A stretch of DNA of 10,100 nt. It comes from Amoeboradix gromovi X-113. Lineage: Eukaryota > Fungi > Sanchytriomycota. The stretch is taken from the NCBI GenBank assembly GCA_018985225.1, contig JADGIF010000361.1, forward strand, positions 1 to 10,100. Reading direction: 5' to 3'. Both the position numbers and the translations under genes were made by a program. How positions within the stretch are numbered: position 1 is the first letter of the stretch; each line of letters opens with the position of its first letter. Of this stretch, positions 7,659 to 10,100 are shown in pieces. The notes under the pieces are model-generated. The model had not been told where the DNA came from, searched no databases, and saw nothing but the letters and a program-made list of their open reading frames with translations.

Positions 7659-9977
7659 TCAAAACTCTTTATTAATAAAATCATACAGCTCATCTCCATT
7701 CTGTTTCCCCAATATTGTCCTCAATTTAGTTTTACTTGCACCTAATATTTGTAGCACTGTTTGGTACTCCTTTATCAGCTTCTTGTAGTTAAAACTGTTG
7801 ACGCCTGGCATTGATTGTACAAAATCAGCTCCACTGGCTACATCACTTTCATTACCAACATTTTTTGCTGTATCTACTTCTGGCTCTTGTTTATTTATCT
7901 TCAATAACTCAAATAACTTGGCACTAAACTCAGTGTCAGGTGACATGTATATTTGAAGTTTGGGAAAATAATGCATTAACACTGTTACTTTGCCTAATGC
8001 ATTGTACTTCATGAGATATTGCACTCGCAGTGATCTAGATTCTGTGAATTCAATCAGCAATATGGGAAACTCGTAGTTTAAACACAACTGCTGTGCTTGA
8101 TAGTACAATCTACCTGAGTTCAAGCTGCTTATTAAGTCAGATACTACTTTACGCTCCACTGCCATGTTTGGGGCTAATATATAGTCCCCAACATTCAGTG
8201 TAACAGCTGATAGTTTAAAATTGCGATTGAACAAAGAAAGTGGCAACCTACTTCTAAACTCACGCACGTCTACAATAACACACCTTTCTTTAGACTGTCC
8301 ACCAGCTATTCTTGTTGTTGCGTTCTGGTCTAACAGGTGCATAGCTTGAATTGGAACCGCTAGTCGTTCCTGGTCTATTATCAATTTATGAAAGGCATCC
8401 TTCTCCCTTCGTACATCCATCAAGCATTGCTGCTCTTCTTGGGATTCCTTGATCGTTAAAACATGGATTGTTATGTTTTCATTCAATGTGCAATATACCT
8501 CAACTAATCGAAGTGCGTACAAACTAGGATGATAGAGTATTATTTGTTGTGGCTTTATTATTGACAATTGCTCAATAGTCTTTAAATCATTAACGTTTTC
8601 AATAACGGCATTGAGATTCTCTCTACCTTCTTCTAGTTCTATTAGATCCATCTCTATACCTTCATGTACGATTTGGCTACCGACACTGTTTGACATCAAA
8701 TTGGTACCTCTCAATCTTCTTCGTTTATTAGTTCTTGCTTTTTCTGCAACAGGATGGCTTTGAGAAACAATTTTATTCTTTTCCAATTCACCCCTTTCTT
8801 TGAAGTAGTATCCTAGTTTAAACAGCATTAAGAGATTGATTGATTTATCGCCAATGACTACATTTGGCTGAGTTAAGTATTTACGTAAATAAATAGTAGT
8901 ACTCGTTGAATCTGTCAGTATTAATGTCTTTTGGTCAGTCAATATGTTTGAAATACAAGCCCATTTGCAATTTTCCTTTAGCACAGGTGCAACATTCAGT
9001 GGTAACTTGTATGTAATGTTATTATGTTTGTAGTGAATACTAGGACCTAAGCGTTTAATGTATACGCGGTCTTTGGCTTTAGAGTGTATTTGGGTAGCAC
9101 AGAAATGCGTAGTCCAACTGGCTTTGACGGTCATTGCATTGACGTGGGATTCAAAATATTTTAAAAATGAAATGCAATCATAGTCATAAAGATAGCTTAA
9201 CAAATGCTTAAAAAACTTGATTTCTTCAATTGCTAGTTGAGAAGAATCAGACAGCTTGTAATCGTTGGGTTCCAGTTCCTGCTTTAAAAGAAATTCAAAG
9301 TTTGAAGTTAAACTCTTTTCAAGAGTAATTTCAGTAGGATCTATCCATCTGCAGCTGCTTTTAAGGTCGCTGATAACTATCTGTAAGCAATCTCTTATGC
9401 AATGCTCAATATCCAGTAAATCCTTCTGAACTGGAATAGAATGCTCTTCAATAAATAGTTTTTTTAATCCATCATTTACAGCATCCCTGTATCTAGGATA
9501 TAGAAAGAGATTTTGTAGATACAGACTGCTCAGCATTCTTTCTATTTTGTTGAAACCAAACACAAATTTTTCTGGATTTTGAGAGAATCCTTTGATAGAC
9601 GGAGTAGTGTGCTGGTGAATAAGCTTCAGTATAAAGTGCTCAGTACTAGACTCAGTCACTTTATCTGCTTCCAATACCAGAACACATTTTATCAATTTAA
9701 AATCAATCACATTGTTTATTAAATCAGTAATTAGAATGCGGGAGGTAATTGAACAAACACCGCCCGATTGATATATTTTGCATCGATTCTTTATGTTGAT
9801 ATCGTTTGTAATCGCAGGGTTGGAGTGATTTAATATAAACACCAGATACTGACCTTCGTAACTTAATTTTGATATATACTCGTTGATTATAATATCAATG
9901 CCTAAACCTTTTGCTAATATCAATAATCCGTCCTCTTTTTGCAGCTCCTCAACAATTGTAGAGTGTAGTGCAAGCAT
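7659..9977 (-). CDS. ERCC4: DNA repair endonuclease XPF/ERCC4/Rad1/Rad16, about 772 aa
   Basis: Helicase-like N-terminus (GLLILAKGLG; GGVCSITSRILITDL; LYPRY), nuclease motifs VDVREFRS, GDYIL and ERKxxxD...SLNSGRLY, and a C-terminal HhH2 (MPGV). The ORF-track start 10037 is TTG; ATG 9977 best matches where XPF homology begins, and ATG 10022 is an alternative. Confidence 0.95.
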   Translation of the reverse strand: MLALHSTIVEELQKEDGLLILAKGLGIDIIINEYISKLSYEGQYLVFILNHSNPAITNDINIKNRCKIYQSGGVCSITSRILITDLINNVIDFKLIKCVLVLEADKVTESSTEHFILKLIHQHTTPSIKGFSQNPEKFVFGFNKIERMLSSLYLQNLFLYPRYRDAVNDGLKKLFIEEHSIPVQKDLLDIEHCIRDCLQIVISDLKSSCRWIDPTEITLEKSLTSNFEFLLKQELEPNDYKLSDSSQLAIEEIKFFKHLLSYLYDYDCISFLKYFESHVNAMTVKASWTTHFCATQIHSKAKDRVYIKRLGPSIHYKHNNITYKLPLNVAPVLKENCKWACISNILTDQKTLILTDSTSTTIYLRKYLTQPNVVIGDKSINLLMLFKLGYYFKERGELEKNKIVSQSHPVAEKARTNKRRRLRGTNLMSNSVGSQIVHEGIEMDLIELEEGRENLNAVIENVNDLKTIEQLSIIKPQQIILYHPSLYALRLVEVYCTLNENITIHVLTIKESQEEQQCLMDVRREKDAFHKLIIDQERLAVPIQAMHLLDQNATTRIAGGQSKERCVIVDVREFRSRLPLSLFNRNFKLSAVTLNVGDYILAPNMAVERKVVSDLISSLNSGRLYYQAQQLCLNYEFPILLIEFTESRSLRVQYLMKYNALGKVTVLMHYFPKLQIYMSPDTEFSAKLFELLKINKQEPEVDTAKNVGNESDVASGADFVQSMPGVNSFNYKKLIKEYQTVLQILGASKTKLRTILGKQNGDELYDFINKEF
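7668..7679. terminator. Candidate bidirectional polyadenylation signal (palindrome TTTATTAATAAA)
   Basis: Perfect 12-bp palindrome giving AATAAA on + (7674-7679) and on - (7673-7668), next to two convergent stop codons. Function is inferred. Confidence 0.5.
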
Positions 9978-10100
9978 TATACTTATCTGAGGCAAGCGGA
10001 GAATCGAGTAATTTGTTGGCATTAAATGGGACACCAAATATAAAAACTAGACTAACTCGTTTTTAAAGGAGGTGCTCCATACGGAGGAAATGCTATCATT

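Noticed and set aside
7472-7699. 75-aa minus-strand ORF
   Set aside because: Antisense to the real WASP C-A exon and out of frame with the XPF end.
1-10100. Prokaryotic or viral systems, CRISPR, tRNA/rRNA, transposons
   Set aside because: All recognised genes are eukaryotic. I saw no repeat-spacer array, cloverleaf, terminal repeats or transposase motifs.

Overview
AT-rich, very gene-dense eukaryotic DNA in the standard genetic code, with seven recognisable protein genes in 10 kb: a small zinc-finger protein, radial spoke protein 3 (flagellar), the HscB/HSC20 Fe-S co-chaperone, a PAP2 dolichyl-diphosphatase, centromeric histone CenH3/Cse4, a large membrane protein, and XPF/Rad1 endonuclease. 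Fungal-like motifs plus a flagellar gene suggest a zoosporic fungus or close relative with a compact genome (inference). The standout is the gene at about 4322-7655. It joins a Cys-rich ectodomain and about 9 transmembrane helices, in one reading frame, to a WASP regulatory and output module (CRIB/GBD, poly-Pro, 2x WH2, Central, Acidic-Trp), with no WH1 domain. This makes it a candidate receptor-type Arp2/3 activator. Its C-terminus, and that of CenH3, are missed by the ORF track because each lies behind an ultra-short GT-AG intron (19 and 20 nt). All family assignments come from motif recognition by eye; no database searches were run.
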